Source: Planctomycetota bacterium (lineage in GTDB: Bacteria; Planctomycetota; UBA11346). From it: a stretch of 64,000 nucleotides of DNA. Below are positions 30,147-43,770 of this stretch, piece after piece. Numbering within the stretch: the stretch's first letter is position 1; every line of letters starts with the position of its first letter. The notes under the pieces were generated by a model. The model made no database searches and was not told where the DNA came from. It saw nothing but the letters and a program-made list of their open reading frames with translations. Location: the NCBI GenBank assembly GCA_038231435.1, contig JBBRLJ010000014.1:50010-114009 (forward strand), given 5' to 3'. Position numbers and translations under genes: made by a program.

Positions 30147-31010
30147 TCAGGGATCCGCGCGTAACGACGAGGGCGTCCGGCCCATGATCCGCTTGAACGC
30201 CACGCTGAACGCGAAGGGATTCTCGTACCCGACGCTGCGGGCCACATCCTCGACGGTGGACCCGGTGGACGACAGCAATGCCGCGGCCCGGCGCATGCGC
30301 AGCAGGGCCACCTGGCGGAGCGGGCTGCGACCCAGATGCCGTTGGCATAGCCGCCTCAGGCGCTCCTCGCCCACGCCGACGCTGGCCGCGAGATCAGCGA
30401 GGGCCCACGGGCGCGCGAGATCGTTTTCGACCTCGCGCCACAGCGGCCACAGACGGGATCCATCCCCGGCCGCGGCCGTGGCGATGCGCATGGCCTGGGC
30501 GTGGACCAGGGCCGACCACTGAGTCAGGATCGATGGCTCGCCCGGGCCGACCGCTTCCTGCCACAGGCCATGGACCGCCGCGCGCAGCGGCTCGGCATCG
30601 GCCTCGACCACAGTGGCGGCGGTGAGTAGCGCGAACGCCTCTTGCGCCGAAGCCTTCGCCGAGGCGGACGTCGGTGGAACGTAGCTGGCCCAACAGATAC
30701 CCCAGCGCCGCGTGCCGATGGTGCGGAAACCGTGCGCCATTCCCGGAGGGGCCAGGTAAGCGCGCCCGGGGCCGAGCCGGACCCATGCACCGGCGACGAG
30801 GACCTCGCCGGAACCGGAAACGCAGGCGATGACATGGCCGAGCGGCGATGCGCGCTTGGAGAAGCCATAGCCCTTGCCGGCATCGCTGATGCCGGCGCGG
30901 CCGATGCCGAAGGCGGACAGCGCCGGCGCCGCCTCGGGGCCGACACGCCACTCGGGAGTGTCATCTCCCACCTGGTGGATCTCACGAATGCCGTGGTGGG
31001 TTGTAACCAT
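30147..31010 (-). CDS. AraC-family transcriptional regulator
   Basis: N-terminal cupin-like domain; C-terminal double HTH (W.LADLA...LRRL....GRSP; VEDVARSVGYENPFAFSVAFKR..G.TPS). Start 31010 or 31022. Confidence 0.9.
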   Translation of the reverse strand: MVTTHHGIREIHQVGDDTPEWRVGPEAAPALSAFGIGRAGISDAGKGYGFSKRASPLGHVIACVSGSGEVLVAGAWVRLGPGRAYLAPPGMAHGFRTIGTRRWGICWASYVPPTSASAKASAQEAFALLTAATVVEADAEPLRAAVHGLWQEAVGPGEPSILTQWSALVHAQAMRIATAAAGDGSRLWPLWREVENDLARPWALADLAASVGVGEERLRRLCQRHLGRSPLRQVALLRMRRAAALLSSTGSTVEDVARSVGYENPFAFSVAFKRIMGRTPSSLRADP

Positions 31011-31072
31011 GGTAATTCCCATGCCGTGGTACCTATGATCGAGGATACCACGAATCCATCGGGAGCCCACTC

Positions 31073-31933
31073 ATGAACGCACCAGACTTGCTCGCCACGG
31101 CGCCTGCGCGGCATTCCCGTCCTGCGTTCCAGACTACAGAAGCGGCCCTGAGTCCCGACCAGGTGGCGGCCTACCGACGCGACGGACTGCTCTTCCCCCT
31201 TCCGGTGTACGACCGATCCGCCATCGCTGCCAACCGCGCCGGATTCGAGCGGCTGCTGACCCGGCTGCCGCGCGGCGCCGACGCGTTCTCGATCAACGCC
31301 TGGCACCTCACCGACCGCTTCGTCTACGACCTCTGCACCAGTCCCCGGCTCCTGGACTACGTCGAGGCGCTGATCGGCCCGGACATCCTGCTGTGGGGCA
31401 GCCACTTCTTCTGCAAAGAGCCTGGAGACGGCAAGACCGTCGGCTGGCACCAGGACGCCCGCTATTGGCCGCTCGCCCCCCATCGCTCGGTTACGGCGTG
31501 GCTGGCGATCGACGACAGCGACGTGGGCAACGCCGCGATGCGCATCCTGCCCGGCACCCATGGCAACGGCCTGCTGCCGCACCAGCAGGGCGGCCAGCCG
31601 GACAGCCTCCTCGACCTGGCCCTCGACAGCGACGTGGTGCGCGGCCTCGCTCTCGATGACGCGCAGGCCACCGCGGTCGAACTGAAGGCGGGAGAGATCT
31701 CGCTGCACGATGACAATGTGATCCACGGCTCGCCAACGAACGCCTCACAGCGCCGGAGATGTGGTCTGACCATGCGCTTCATGCCACCCGAGGTGCGCTG
31801 CGACACGAGCGTGTGGCCTCATTTCAGCGCGATCGTGGTGAGGGGCGAGGACCGGGTGGGAGCGAATCGGCTGGCTCAGGCACCGAGAGAGGGGATGGAG
31901 TCGAGGGCGATCTTGGAGGGGCATCCGTATTAG
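31073..31933 (+). CDS. Phytanoyl-CoA dioxygenase (PhyH) family Fe(II)/2OG oxygenase
   Basis: FFCKEPG, WHQD (HxD), WLAIDD...N..M..LPGTH, IHGS..N.S..RR. Confidence 0.9.
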   Translation: MNAPDLLATAPARHSRPAFQTTEAALSPDQVAAYRRDGLLFPLPVYDRSAIAANRAGFERLLTRLPRGADAFSINAWHLTDRFVYDLCTSPRLLDYVEALIGPDILLWGSHFFCKEPGDGKTVGWHQDARYWPLAPHRSVTAWLAIDDSDVGNAAMRILPGTHGNGLLPHQQGGQPDSLLDLALDSDVVRGLALDDAQATAVELKAGEISLHDDNVIHGSPTNASQRRRCGLTMRFMPPEVRCDTSVWPHFSAIVVRGEDRVGANRLAQAPREGMESRAILEGHPY

Positions 31934-32000
31934 CGGATGGCGGATGGCGGATGGCTCTGAGCACCCTGTGCCATCCCCGATCAGCCATGTGCTATCCGCC
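31933..32000 (+). repeat. Heptamer repeat (GCGGATG x3) with a complementary downstream arm; imperfect hairpin
   Basis: gcggatg gcggatg gcggatg gctctga ... gtgccat ccccgat cagccat gtgctat ccgcc. Confidence 0.7.
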
Positions 32001-32021
32001 TTGGTCCTTTCTCGCTTCACT

Positions 32022-32153
32022 CGATTGTCGCGATCGGCCAGGCAGTAAAGGTCTGCGGCCGGAGCGGCCTTGCCGCGGAAGAACCGCGGTGCCTCCGCGG
32101 CGAGCCGGCGCTCCGCCGGCCGTCCTTGACTCCGAGCACGTCCGCGACAATCG
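32022..32153. repeat. Long imperfect palindrome (MITE/REP-like element)
   Basis: Terminal 11-bp inverted repeat cgattgtcgcg/cgcgacaatcg, with nested pairs ggagcg/cgctcc and ttgccgcgga/tccgcggcga. Confidence 0.65.
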
Positions 32154-32313
32154 CGCCACTCAGGAGAAATCGCAATCCACTCCGCGAGCTTCAAAGCCTC
32201 ACAGCTTCTTCGAACTGACGCAGCTTCGAGGCTTCTTCGTGCCGCGCGCAAGGCCACGCCAGCCAGCCGGGTGCGGCGTGCACTAGCGATGCTAGCCTCC
32301 AGACCACATAGCC

Positions 32314-32745
32314 TCAAAGCCTCTCCGGTAGTCCCGCCCCCGTCCTCCCCGCCACCACCACCAACCCCCTCTCCATCAACATCTGCAGATACATCGTCAT
32401 CAGCACTCTCGCCTCATGGAACGACAGCCGGTGCTCCTGAGCCAGCCAATCGACCAGCGACTCCACCGTCGCCACGCCATCCACCTTCCGCCAGACCTCG
32501 AGTCCGAGTCCGTCCAGGCGGTAGGACTTGGTGCGCCGCAGCTTCAGCAGCGAGGCCAGCGGCCTGAGGACCGGGCCGTAGCTCAGCGGCACGGTGAGTG
32601 TCGCGGCATCCTGCAGTTCGACTGCCTCGACGCGCTGGTTGCGCACCGGGATGGCTGCGAGGCGCTCGGCGTATGAGAGATCAGCGGCCTTCGGCGCGCC
32701 ACGCTTCCTCGCCAGGATCGGGGGCGAGGGGTCAGCCGACGACAT
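32314..32745 (-). CDS. Stand-alone PqqD-family / RiPP recognition element (RRE) protein
   Basis: P.RN..V, then RTKSYRLDGLGLEVWRKVDGVATVESLVDWLAQEH.L...EA.....YLQMLMERGLV, typical of the PqqD winged-helix fold. Confidence 0.8.
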   Translation of the reverse strand: MSSADPSPPILARKRGAPKAADLSYAERLAAIPVRNQRVEAVELQDAATLTVPLSYGPVLRPLASLLKLRRTKSYRLDGLGLEVWRKVDGVATVESLVDWLAQEHRLSFHEARVLMTMYLQMLMERGLVVVAGRTGAGLPERL

Positions 32746-33629
32746 CGTCGGGCTCCAGGCGTGGATGCTTGGGTGGTCCCACCTGCTCGATCGCGTAGAT
32801 ACGGCCCTCTGTCGGATCGTGCCACATCCAGGCGTCGCCGGGCCACCAGGCGCCGGTGAGCATTTCCATCCGGCGTTCGCCACGGCGTTCGAAAGCCGTA
32901 CGCACGCCGCGCAGGCCACGGAACTCGACCGGTTGCGACGACATCACCCGCGAGCGCGCGCGGGAGAGCAGGCGACGATGCAGGCCCGCCAGGTCGAGCC
33001 CAGCGAGCACCGCGCGATCGAGGCCGATGCGGCGGGCAGTGAGATGCAGATCCTTAGCGGTCTCGAAGGTGATCGCCACGTTCGCCGGTTCGGGCGAGAT
33101 CGCCTCGAATGCGAAGGGCTCTGGCAGCTGGAGCGATACTCCGAACAGCTCGTGGCGCCTCGGCCAGGCGTGATTGGGGCGGAACGATTCCAGGAGCGGC
33201 AACAGGGTCGAGGCGGCGAACGCCTCGTCATGCTCGGGAAAGATCCACTGCAGCAGCGTGCGCGTAGAGTGCTGGTAGAGCGAGGCGTAGGCGGGCAGCC
33301 CGGGCCGGTGCCAGGCGAAGAGGAACTGCCCGACGACGCTGGTGCTCAACGCGGCGAAGACCGAGGCGTCCGCGGGCGCGGCCTTCGCCAGGAAGCGGCG
33401 ATGCACCTCGTCGAGGATGCGTGGCTGGTCCGGGGTCTGGGGCACGGTCCGCCACACCAGCTGGCCGCGCGGACGCACGCGCTCGTAGAACTGGAACTGG
33501 CCCTCATCGTTCGCGAAGTGATGGCCGGTGATCTCCCACCAGAGGGGCAGCGTGAACGAGAATCCCCGCCACGACAGCCTGCGGATGCGCTCGATGTACG
33601 GCGGCACGAGCGTCGCGCCTGCCGGCGGA

Positions 33630-33640
<11 letters not shown>
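32732..33640 (-). CDS. Hypothetical cytoplasmic protein of the membrane-transport operon
   Basis: Overlaps both neighbours. Two similar segments (SWRGFSFTLPLWW; ELFGVSLQLPEPF). GTG start tentative. Confidence 0.65.
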
Positions 33641-34466
<826 letters not shown>

Positions 34467-34471
34467 GTTGG

Positions 34472-36460
34472 TCAGTAGGGCAGCGAGGTGGTGGCCTTGG
34501 TCAGGAAGACGATGCCGATGCAGAACATGGTGACCAGGCCGACGCCGCAGAAGTATCCGGCGCTGAGCACCGGCACGTATTCGCGCCAGCGCAGACCCAG
34601 TTTCCTCTCGAAGTAGTAGCGGCCGACCAGCGCGCCGATGAACTGCGGTATCACCGAATGCGGATAGGTCTGGCCGATGCCGCGGATCAGGCCGTACAGC
34701 AACGTCACCGGGGCATTGAAGAACGACAGCACGCCGAACACCACCATGCCGACGATCAGCCCTGCCGTGACCTTCATGCCCGAGAGCGCTTCCTGGAACA
34801 CCGAGTATTCGCCGGTGGTCGACGACATCATCACCAACTGGTTCTTGGCGTTGAGTTCCCACATCTTCTGCGCGAACGGGTAGACTCCCGACGGGATCTC
34901 GGCGAGGCTCCAGATGAAGTTCGCAAACACCAGGTTGGCGATGATGATAACCGGGAAGAGCATCACCTCGGCCTTCCAGATCGAAGTGAACTTGGTGCCG
35001 GTCAGCTCAGCCTGACGATAGAAGACCGTCTGCACGCCGTAGTTGCTCATCGGCACTGGCAGGAACCACACCAGGATGCCGCCCTTGTAGCCCGAGAGGA
35101 TGAACGCCAGCTCGCGGATGAACGGGATCTCTATCACCTGGCCGGCGATGCCCTCGAGGCGTGCGGTGACGTAGCTGATGATCGGCGTGTAGAGGAAGCC
35201 GAAGAAGAACAGCACCACCATCACACCGGGATGCCAATCGATGAGGTAGCCGCATACGCCGATATAGATCAGGGTAGAGACCAAGTAGCACGCCATGACC
35301 CACGTATTGGGGATGTCGCCGCGGCCTGGCGGGGTCGAGATCTCGGCGCCGTGCGGAGCGGCCTCCATCGCGGCCTTGTCCTCCTTCGAGCGGCGCAGCT
35401 TGAGCACCGCCATGAAGCCGATGATCGCCACCGCCAGCGACAGCCCGATGCCGAAGCTGAAGTAGAAGTCGATCGAGTTCTTTAAGATGGTGTCGTTGGT
35501 GCCATCGCCCGGGGTCCACGAGGACAGGATGCCCGCGTGATAGAGCAGTGGATTCATGACCATGGTCGCGATCAGGCCGATGAACGATCCGACCATGGCG
35601 TAATACGGCATGACCATGCCCACGATGATCAGGCCGAGATCGAAGACCATGCCGGTCGCGACCGCCGGGAGGATGTCCTTGGTGTAGGTCGTCCAGTCCA
35701 CGAACGGAATCGGGAAGATGGTATACGGATTGCCGTGGAAGAAGGCACCGGTGAGCGTCGGCAGCCCCATATAGAGGATACCGAAGGCCATGCCCAAGGC
35801 CCCACCGATCGAGAATATGCGCCAGCGCCACGAACTCTCGGCCTTCTCCTTGCCCTCGAGGTCGTCGGACAGCGCGAGGATGCCCTGCGCGCCGATCGGG
35901 GCGAGCGGGAACGGCAGCTTCTCTATGTCGCTGGTCAACCGGAAGAGCCCGTAGCCCAGCACCGCGTTGTCGATCTTGCTGAAGAACTGTCGGAACAGCC
36001 ACAGGCCGAGCGCCGGCATCCAGGCCAGCTGGAAGAACGAGCGATGGTCGTAGACGGACGGATCCGTGGGGGCGAACCATTTCGGGAACAACGAGGTCAT
36101 GCCCTGCGAGGTGGCGGCGTCACTGCGGACCAGGAACTGGTTCCAGAGCAGGTTCCCATATACCGCCTGGCCCATGATCGAACCGGACATGTAGAAGAGC
36201 ACGAACAACTGCGGGCGCGAGAGCTTGGCGTTGGCGCGCTTGGCGATCTCGATGAAGAGGATGACCGTCACCCACTGCGCGGCCGAGCCCACGCCCATGC
36301 CAGCGAGCAGCTCCATGTACAGCGCGCCCGGCACCATCACCAGCGCGATGAACAGTACGCCGATGAACGACGACGTCGAGAAACCTTCGCCGAAGGTCGA
36401 CGGCACCGTCATCAGGTTGCGGTACTGCTCGAGCTCCTTGTCGATCTTGTGCTCAGCCAT
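34472..36460 (-). CDS. Polytopic membrane protein, OPT (oligopeptide transporter)-like
   Basis: Many TM helices; EKLPFPLAP motif resembling the OPT L.FP motif. ATG overlaps the upstream stop. Confidence 0.65.
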   Translation of the reverse strand: MAEHKIDKELEQYRNLMTVPSTFGEGFSTSSFIGVLFIALVMVPGALYMELLAGMGVGSAAQWVTVILFIEIAKRANAKLSRPQLFVLFYMSGSIMGQAVYGNLLWNQFLVRSDAATSQGMTSLFPKWFAPTDPSVYDHRSFFQLAWMPALGLWLFRQFFSKIDNAVLGYGLFRLTSDIEKLPFPLAPIGAQGILALSDDLEGKEKAESSWRWRIFSIGGALGMAFGILYMGLPTLTGAFFHGNPYTIFPIPFVDWTTYTKDILPAVATGMVFDLGLIIVGMVMPYYAMVGSFIGLIATMVMNPLLYHAGILSSWTPGDGTNDTILKNSIDFYFSFGIGLSLAVAIIGFMAVLKLRRSKEDKAAMEAAPHGAEISTPPGRGDIPNTWVMACYLVSTLIYIGVCGYLIDWHPGVMVVLFFFGFLYTPIISYVTARLEGIAGQVIEIPFIRELAFILSGYKGGILVWFLPVPMSNYGVQTVFYRQAELTGTKFTSIWKAEVMLFPVIIIANLVFANFIWSLAEIPSGVYPFAQKMWELNAKNQLVMMSSTTGEYSVFQEALSGMKVTAGLIVGMVVFGVLSFFNAPVTLLYGLIRGIGQTYPHSVIPQFIGALVGRYYFERKLGLRWREYVPVLSAGYFCGVGLVTMFCIGIVFLTKATTSLPY

Positions 36461-39400
36461 GGGCGGAGCCCCCTGTCTTAGCCAGGGCGAGGTCGCGGTC
36501 CGCCGAGACGGCGCGCTGCGCCAGCGCATGGTAATGCTCGACCGTGTCGAGCGGCAGCGAACGCCAGCGCAGGAACTGCTCGCGCAGATCGTCGATGAAC
36601 CCGCGATTACCGCGCATCCAGGTTCCGGGCGCTCCGTTGAGGCGCTTGAGTTCGACCACCACCTCGTCGATGCCCGGGATGTCCGAGGGCTGCGTGGTCA
36701 TGGTGAAGCGCTGGAAAACTCCGAGGTCGAACGGCGCGAGCGCCACCTCGGCGGTGATGCCCATGTTGCGGCCGCCGCCTGGACGGGCCTCGGAGACGAT
36801 GCTGATGTCGCGGGCGGAGAAGGCACCCAGCGAGGCGTCGCCATGGTTCTCGAAATGCTCGCGGATGAAGGCGAGGATGCCGGTGATGCTGTCGGCCGAG
36901 ACCGTGAACGGGAAGGTGAAGCGCAGCACATCGCCCTCGGGCTTTGGCATCTTCCACTTCCGCGCCACGCCCGGATTGGCCGAGCGACCGGCCATCAGCG
37001 CGGGATAGATGGTCGAGAGCATCACCGTGGCCATGACGATCAGGATGGTCGCGATCGACGAGAACGAGGAGAAGTTGATGTCGGGGACGTCCGCGAGGCC
37101 GAATGCGGACAGGACCGACAGCAGCTTGACCACCACCTGGCTGATCAGATAGCCACCCATGCCTCCGATCACGGCGAACACCGCGGATTCGGCGAAGAAC
37201 AGCGCGCCGACGTCGGGCGGGGCGAGGCCGAGCGCGCTGAAGGTGAAGATCTCCTTCTGGCGGTCGACGATCGAGCCCAGCAACGAGCTGAAGATGATCA
37301 GGCCACCGAGCAGCAGCGGCACCAGGACCTCCATGAAACCCGAACCCTCGATCGCCTGGGTGAAGAAGAAGCGCCTGGAACCCGAAGCGCTGGTCGCCAC
37401 CACCGGCCCGTCGATGTACTCGGCGAGTTCGCGGGCGTCGGCATCGACGTCGGCCCCCTCCTTCGGATAGAGCGTCACCAGGTTGGTGTATGACCCGAGC
37501 TTGCCCATTCCGGGAAATGTGGCGACCGCGACCAGGTCCGCGGAGCTGAAGATGAAATTATTCACATCGAGGCCGCGGAAGGTGTTCGCGAGGTTGTTGA
37601 AGCCGTCGGAGCGCGCGCCGTTGGCGGCGAAGGTGGCATCGAAGTTGGGCGGTACGATGCGCGTGCCGTCGATGTTCTCGATGTGCTTGAGCTTGACGCC
37701 CTCGAAGATCCCGGCCACGCGGAAGCGCTGGCCGCGGATGACGATGACATCCCCGACCGCGGCCGTGAGCTTGTCGGCGACGGTTCGCGGCAGCAGTAGC
37801 GGCGGGTCGCCGACGGTCGAAGCCACCGAATTCCCATCAGGCTGGGCGGCTGCCTGAGCCGCCAACGGCGCGAACATCGGATCCAGGCGCGGGACCTCGG
37901 CCGGATCGACCACCAGCACCGCCTCGAGCGCCTGCATCTGCTGGTTGCGCGGATTGCGTGCGATGTTCACCACGTCGTCGTGGAATTCGGACATGGTCGG
38001 ATCGCGGAACGACGCTCCACGCTCGCGCATCTCGTAGCGGTCCTGGAACAGCACGGCGATGGTGTCGCGCAGGCGATATGGGATCGAGAGGAACGACGGC
38101 GTATGGAATTCTATGCGCGCGTCGCCGTGAGCCGCGCCGAGATAGGTCTCCACCACCGCGAGCGACGAGCTGAACGATGCGAACACCAGGATGGTGAAGG
38201 TGAGCAGCGCCACGGTGGTCGCGGTGAGGAAGGTCTTCAGGGGCCGGTTGCGCATCCCCGAGATGCCGATGGCGACGGCGGCGAACGCGGTGCCGCCCTC
38301 GGCGGAACCGCCGTGCACCTTCGACGACAGCCCCTGCATCGCCCGCAGCTCGTGCTTGAACTTCGCCATGACCACGTGGATCACGAACGCGCTGAGTAGG
38401 ATGATGATGAACGCGAGGAAGATGATGATCGGCGCCTCGGCCAGCGCGAAGGCCGGATGGGTCTCGTAGAGGATGCCGAAGGTGGCGAGGAAGACGCCCA
38501 GGAAGCCGGCGATCTGCCGGTAAATCGAGGTGAAGCCGAACACCAGCCGCTCGACGGCGAAGGCGAAGGGCAGGCACAGGAGCAGCAGGATGATCACCGC
38601 CTGGACGAGGTCGTTGGCGTTGTCGCGTAGCGGCTGGTGCACCCGATGCCCGAGCATGTCGGCGATGGTCTCGTGGGCGGTGGCGAGCCGACTGTGGTTC
38701 TTGGCGCGGGCCTCGGCTGCCAGGTCGAGATGGTCCTCGGCGTCGGCCTGCAACTTCTCGAGCGGCTTGTTGATGATGTTGCGCGAACGCAGGGTCTTCA
38801 GGCGCTGCAGGTTGAGGTTCGCCAAGTCGTGGGACGCGACGCTGCTGGGATCGATCGACAGCATCGATCGGGGATCGAGCGGCAAGCCGATCCCCGCGGG
38901 GCTCTCGGGCGTGGTGCCGAACATGTCGATGCCGTTACCGAGATATTTGAAAGGCGCGCGCTGATCCTGGTAGAAGACCTCGAGATGGTTGAATCCTGCC
39001 GAGAACCGGTTCTTGGACTCGGTATCGCTGCGCGCGATGAGCAGGTGGCCGATGTTCGCGATGTTGTAATCCAGCGGCAGCAGGGGCGTGAAGAACCCGC
39101 CGCCGTATCCGTAGTGGAGCGAGGCGCGCGAGCCGCCCGACGAGCCGATGACGGTGAAGCGGTCGATGCCGCCGCTCGCGTCGAAGCCGAAGGCCCCCAC
39201 CCTGCCGTTGGTTCCGCCCCACGACATCTGCACGACGTTCGGGGCGAAGACGTGGCCCGTCGGGTCGACGGCAGACATCGCGAAATCGCATCCTCCGACG
39301 ATATAGCGCGGCTCGGCGCCGATCATCGCATTCGGGAAGCTACCCACATACATGATGGCATCGCTCGACGGTCCCTGGACGTCATCGCTGCCCTTGGCGG

Positions 39401-41424
39401 TATCCACCACCTCGAGTCCGGTGAGCTTGCCGTCGGCACCGGTGAGCACCAGCTGGGTAGTCATGTCCGCCGTCGGTATGTCGGTCGACGGCAGGTTGGG
39501 AGACGCCGCCAGCGCGGTGATGAAAGCCGTCAGCTGGGGCGAGAGCGCGAGCAGGTCGGCGTCGCGCCGCACCGGCATCTCGTCGGCATCCAGCGGATCG
39601 CCAACGGTCTGCAGCTGGAAGCCCGACACACCGAGCGAGAACGCTGCGGTCGATGGCACGCTGCGCTGATGTGGCGTGCACAGCGCGTCGAACCGGAAGG
39701 TGACGCTCTGGTCAGGTGTGTAGAGCTGCGCACGCTGCTGCTTGGGCAAGGACGCATACACTTCTTGATAGGCGCGCAGCTGCTTCGAGAAGGTTCCGGG
39801 CGTGACGTCTTTATGCCTCGAACAGCTGTCGGCGCCGAATGGAGAGAACATCCAGGTCTCGTCGCTCGAGGCGAAGTCGAAGGCGAAGTGCGCGGCGATG
39901 ACTTCCGGGATACCCGGATTGTCGACGGTGCCCGCCGGCTTGATCGCTGCCTCGAGTTCAAGGAACGAGCGGGTATGCCGCAGCAACGATTCGAAATACG
40001 CCTTCGACGCCCGTGAGGTCTGGGAGAGGTCGGCCAGGATCGAGGAGAAACCCTCGGCATCGGTGATGTTCTTGGCGGCGAGTTGGCCGCGCAGCTGGTT
40101 CCACAGCGTCTTCTTGTCGTTCAACTCCGCTTGACGCTGGAGCACAGACGTCAGCGTGGCGCGAACCTCGGCCAACCTGGCGGTGGCCGCGGCGGCCGCC
40201 TCGCCCGCCGCAGCGAGCTCGGTCTTTTCGAGATCCTTGATCTCGCGCTGGTATCCGAGCTCGTCGAGGGTGCACTGGCGCAGCTCGAAATTGATGTTGT
40301 TCACCAGACCCACGAGGTGGCGCTTCGCCTGCAGGTACAGCTCGACGGAATCCGCGTCGGTGCCGCTCACGAATCCAGGGCTCTCGAGCAGCGCGAGCCG
40401 GCGACCGAGGCGCGTCACCTGGTCCTGGCACAGGTCCTTCTCGCGGATGGCGAGACTGTCGGTGTCCTTGGCGTGCTCTGCCTTGTTGACCACGTAATAG
40501 AAATGGCGCGCGCCGTCCTGGGCCGCGTGGTGGCTGCCTAGGAAGAGCACGTAGACCGAACGGTCGAGGGGCGTACGCGCAAGCCGTCCAGCCACCTCGG
40601 CGAGCAGCGCGGCGTTGGCCGCCCAGCGCAGCTGCGGATCGAGATCGGGGATCGCGCCGAAGGTGTCGACGTTGGCAGAGAGCACCAGCGCCTTGGGATT
40701 GGCGACCGCGGCCCCGGCCTCCTGCTCCACTGGCTCGACGGCCTTGCCCTGGATCTTCGCCCACAGGTTCGTGGCGACGACCCGCTCCCAGCGCACCGAC
40801 AGGTCGAGCGATGCCTGGATGCTGCCATCCGCGGTGAGCAGGCCCGCCGCCTGCGCGGCCGGACGATCTATCCACACTCGGGGGAGCGAGACTGGCAGCG
40901 TGGTGAAGTGCGATTCGATGTTCCACTGATTCGCCTGGTCATTGCCGACGAACACCACCGCGCGCGCGCCTTGGCTGAACACCTCGGCGAGATGCGTGCT
41001 GCCGAACTCCATCACCGCGATGGCGCCGGCGATGGGCTTGCCGTCGAGAGCCTCGAGCGAGCCGTCACCGACATAGAGCAGCGGGCCGGTCGCCGGGGAG
41101 CCCCAGGTGGTCGCCGGCGCGACGCCGTTGGGCGCCAACGGCAACACCGGACCCACCTCATGGCCATCGATGGTCAGGCGGCAGACCTTGGTCACCGGCA
41201 CCAGGGTATCGTAGGTCTGGCGGTGGACGGCGAGGCCGGCCCCCGCCAGGGCCTTCTCGATCGCATCGAGCGAAGCCGTGTACCCAGCGCTCCCGGGCAG
41301 GCGCTGGTCATGGCTCGAGAGCTCGCGCATCACCGCCGCGTACGCCGCGCCTTCGGCGGCGGAATCTGCGGCGGAGAGCCGCGCCGCGCCGATCAGCAGC
41401 GCGAGCGCAAAGCAGGCGAACGCC

Positions 41425-41432
<8 letters not shown>
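36453..41432 (-). CDS. 1659-aa FtsX-like ABC permease with an N-terminal M28 peptidase/PA-like ectodomain
   Basis: Signal peptide; RLPGSAG, PA-like GPLLYVGDG..GAIAVMEF..GARAVVF, TNLWAKI, ALLAEVA..RSVYVLF; FtsX motifs ISGMRNRPLKTFLT and SIVDRQKEIFTFSALGLAP..V..LFFAE, STIYPA. Confidence 0.8.
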
Positions 41433-42200
<768 letters not shown>

Positions 42201-42204
<4 letters not shown>

Positions 42205-43766
42205 TCGACCCTCATCGCATCCATCGGCGCCATCCGCGAAGCCGACCACGACGGATAGATCGAGGCCAGGGTTGAGAGCGCCACGCCGGTGCCGACGCAG
42301 ATCAACCCGCACTGCATAACCGAGACAACCGGGAAGTACGAGAATAGGTAGACACCGTAGATCAGTGAGCACTTGATCAGTGCCAGGACCAGCCCGATGG
42401 CGGTCCCGACCAGCCCGCCCGAGAACCCCTGTACCGACGCTTCCATGAGGAATTGTTGGAGGATGAAGCCATCGGTCGCGCCCAGGCACTTCATCGTCGC
42501 GATCTCGCGGAAACGCTCGGTGATGGCCATGAGCATGGCGTTGGTGATGCCGACCATGCAGACCACGAACGATATCGCCATGAGGAACGCCTGCCGGCCG
42601 CTGATGAGTCCCTGGCCCGACTGGCCCGGCGGCTGGCGCTCGACCACCGCCTTCTCGACCAGGAGCAAACGGTTCTCCTCAGCGACGTCCCGTGAGATCT
42701 CACTCAGCTGCTGCGGTGTCCACGTTCCTCCGAGGATGGTGGCGACCCGCTGGTCGTCGAGCACGAGCATCTTCTTGTCGATCAGGGGATCCTCGAGGAA
42801 CGCCTTGTGCCAGGCGGCATGGCACTCGTCGGTCGACAACCGGTCGCGAACCTCGTTTCGCCGCTTCGCCCTGGCCAGCCCATCATGCACCAGTCGCACC
42901 TGGTCCGGAGTGTCGGCGAAGCCATGGGCGGCCAAGCATGCCTGGAACGATATGAGGAAGGCCGCCTCGCCCTGCGCGAGCGCGTCGGCCATGCGCCGCC
43001 TGAACGCCTCGACCGAGGCATCGGCCGAGGCTTGGGCGAGGACCGGCGGGGAATGTCCGGCACCGCCAGCATCGGCGTCCGGCGCCGCCGCACGGTCGAT
43101 GGGAGCGAGATCGTCTCGCAGGCGTGCTACCGCCGTCCGCCACGACTGCGTGAGTCCGGCGAGCCGTTCGACATAGCCCAGGTGCCCATCTGCCGAGGCC
43201 TTCAGTTCATTCAGCGGCATGGGCGGCTTGAGCGCGTGCAGCTGCGCCAGTTCGGCGTCGAATCCCGTCCATCGGCTGGCATCGGCGAGATACGCGAAGA
43301 TCTCGGCGCCCTTCGATTTGCGCACCAGGATGGCGCGGCTGCCGGCGTCCATGCCATCGAAGAACGCCATGACCCGGGACTCGCGACGGCTCTCGGCAGC
43401 GAGCGCGCGCACCTGCTCGAGCTGGGCTCCGCTGACGGCGGCGATCTCGCCCAGCGCGAGCGGGCGACCGTCCGCGGCGACGAGGCGCGCGGCCATGCCG
43501 ATCTGGTCGACGTCCGAGACCCACACGGCGAGGCGCTGCGAGGCGAACCGGCGCGCGGCGTTCTCGACGGCGACGCCGCCTCCGACGGATTTGGTGAATG
43601 CGCTCTCGCAGAGCAGCACCATGAAGAACGCCACGGCCAGGACGATCACTGTCAGGGTGAGCAGCGAGCGGAACAGGCGGTGCGCGATGCCCTTGAGGCA
43701 CAACGCGAACGCCTTCCCGAGCGGGATCTTGTGTTGCTGGCGGACATCGATGATGGGAGCGTTCAT
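42201..43766 (-). CDS. FtsX/LolE-type ABC permease
   Basis: HRLFRSLLT + TM, a large helical ectodomain, then GITNAMLMAITERFREIATMKCLGA..FLME and YPSWSASRMAPMDAMRVE. Confidence 0.88.
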
Positions 43767-43770
43767 GATG

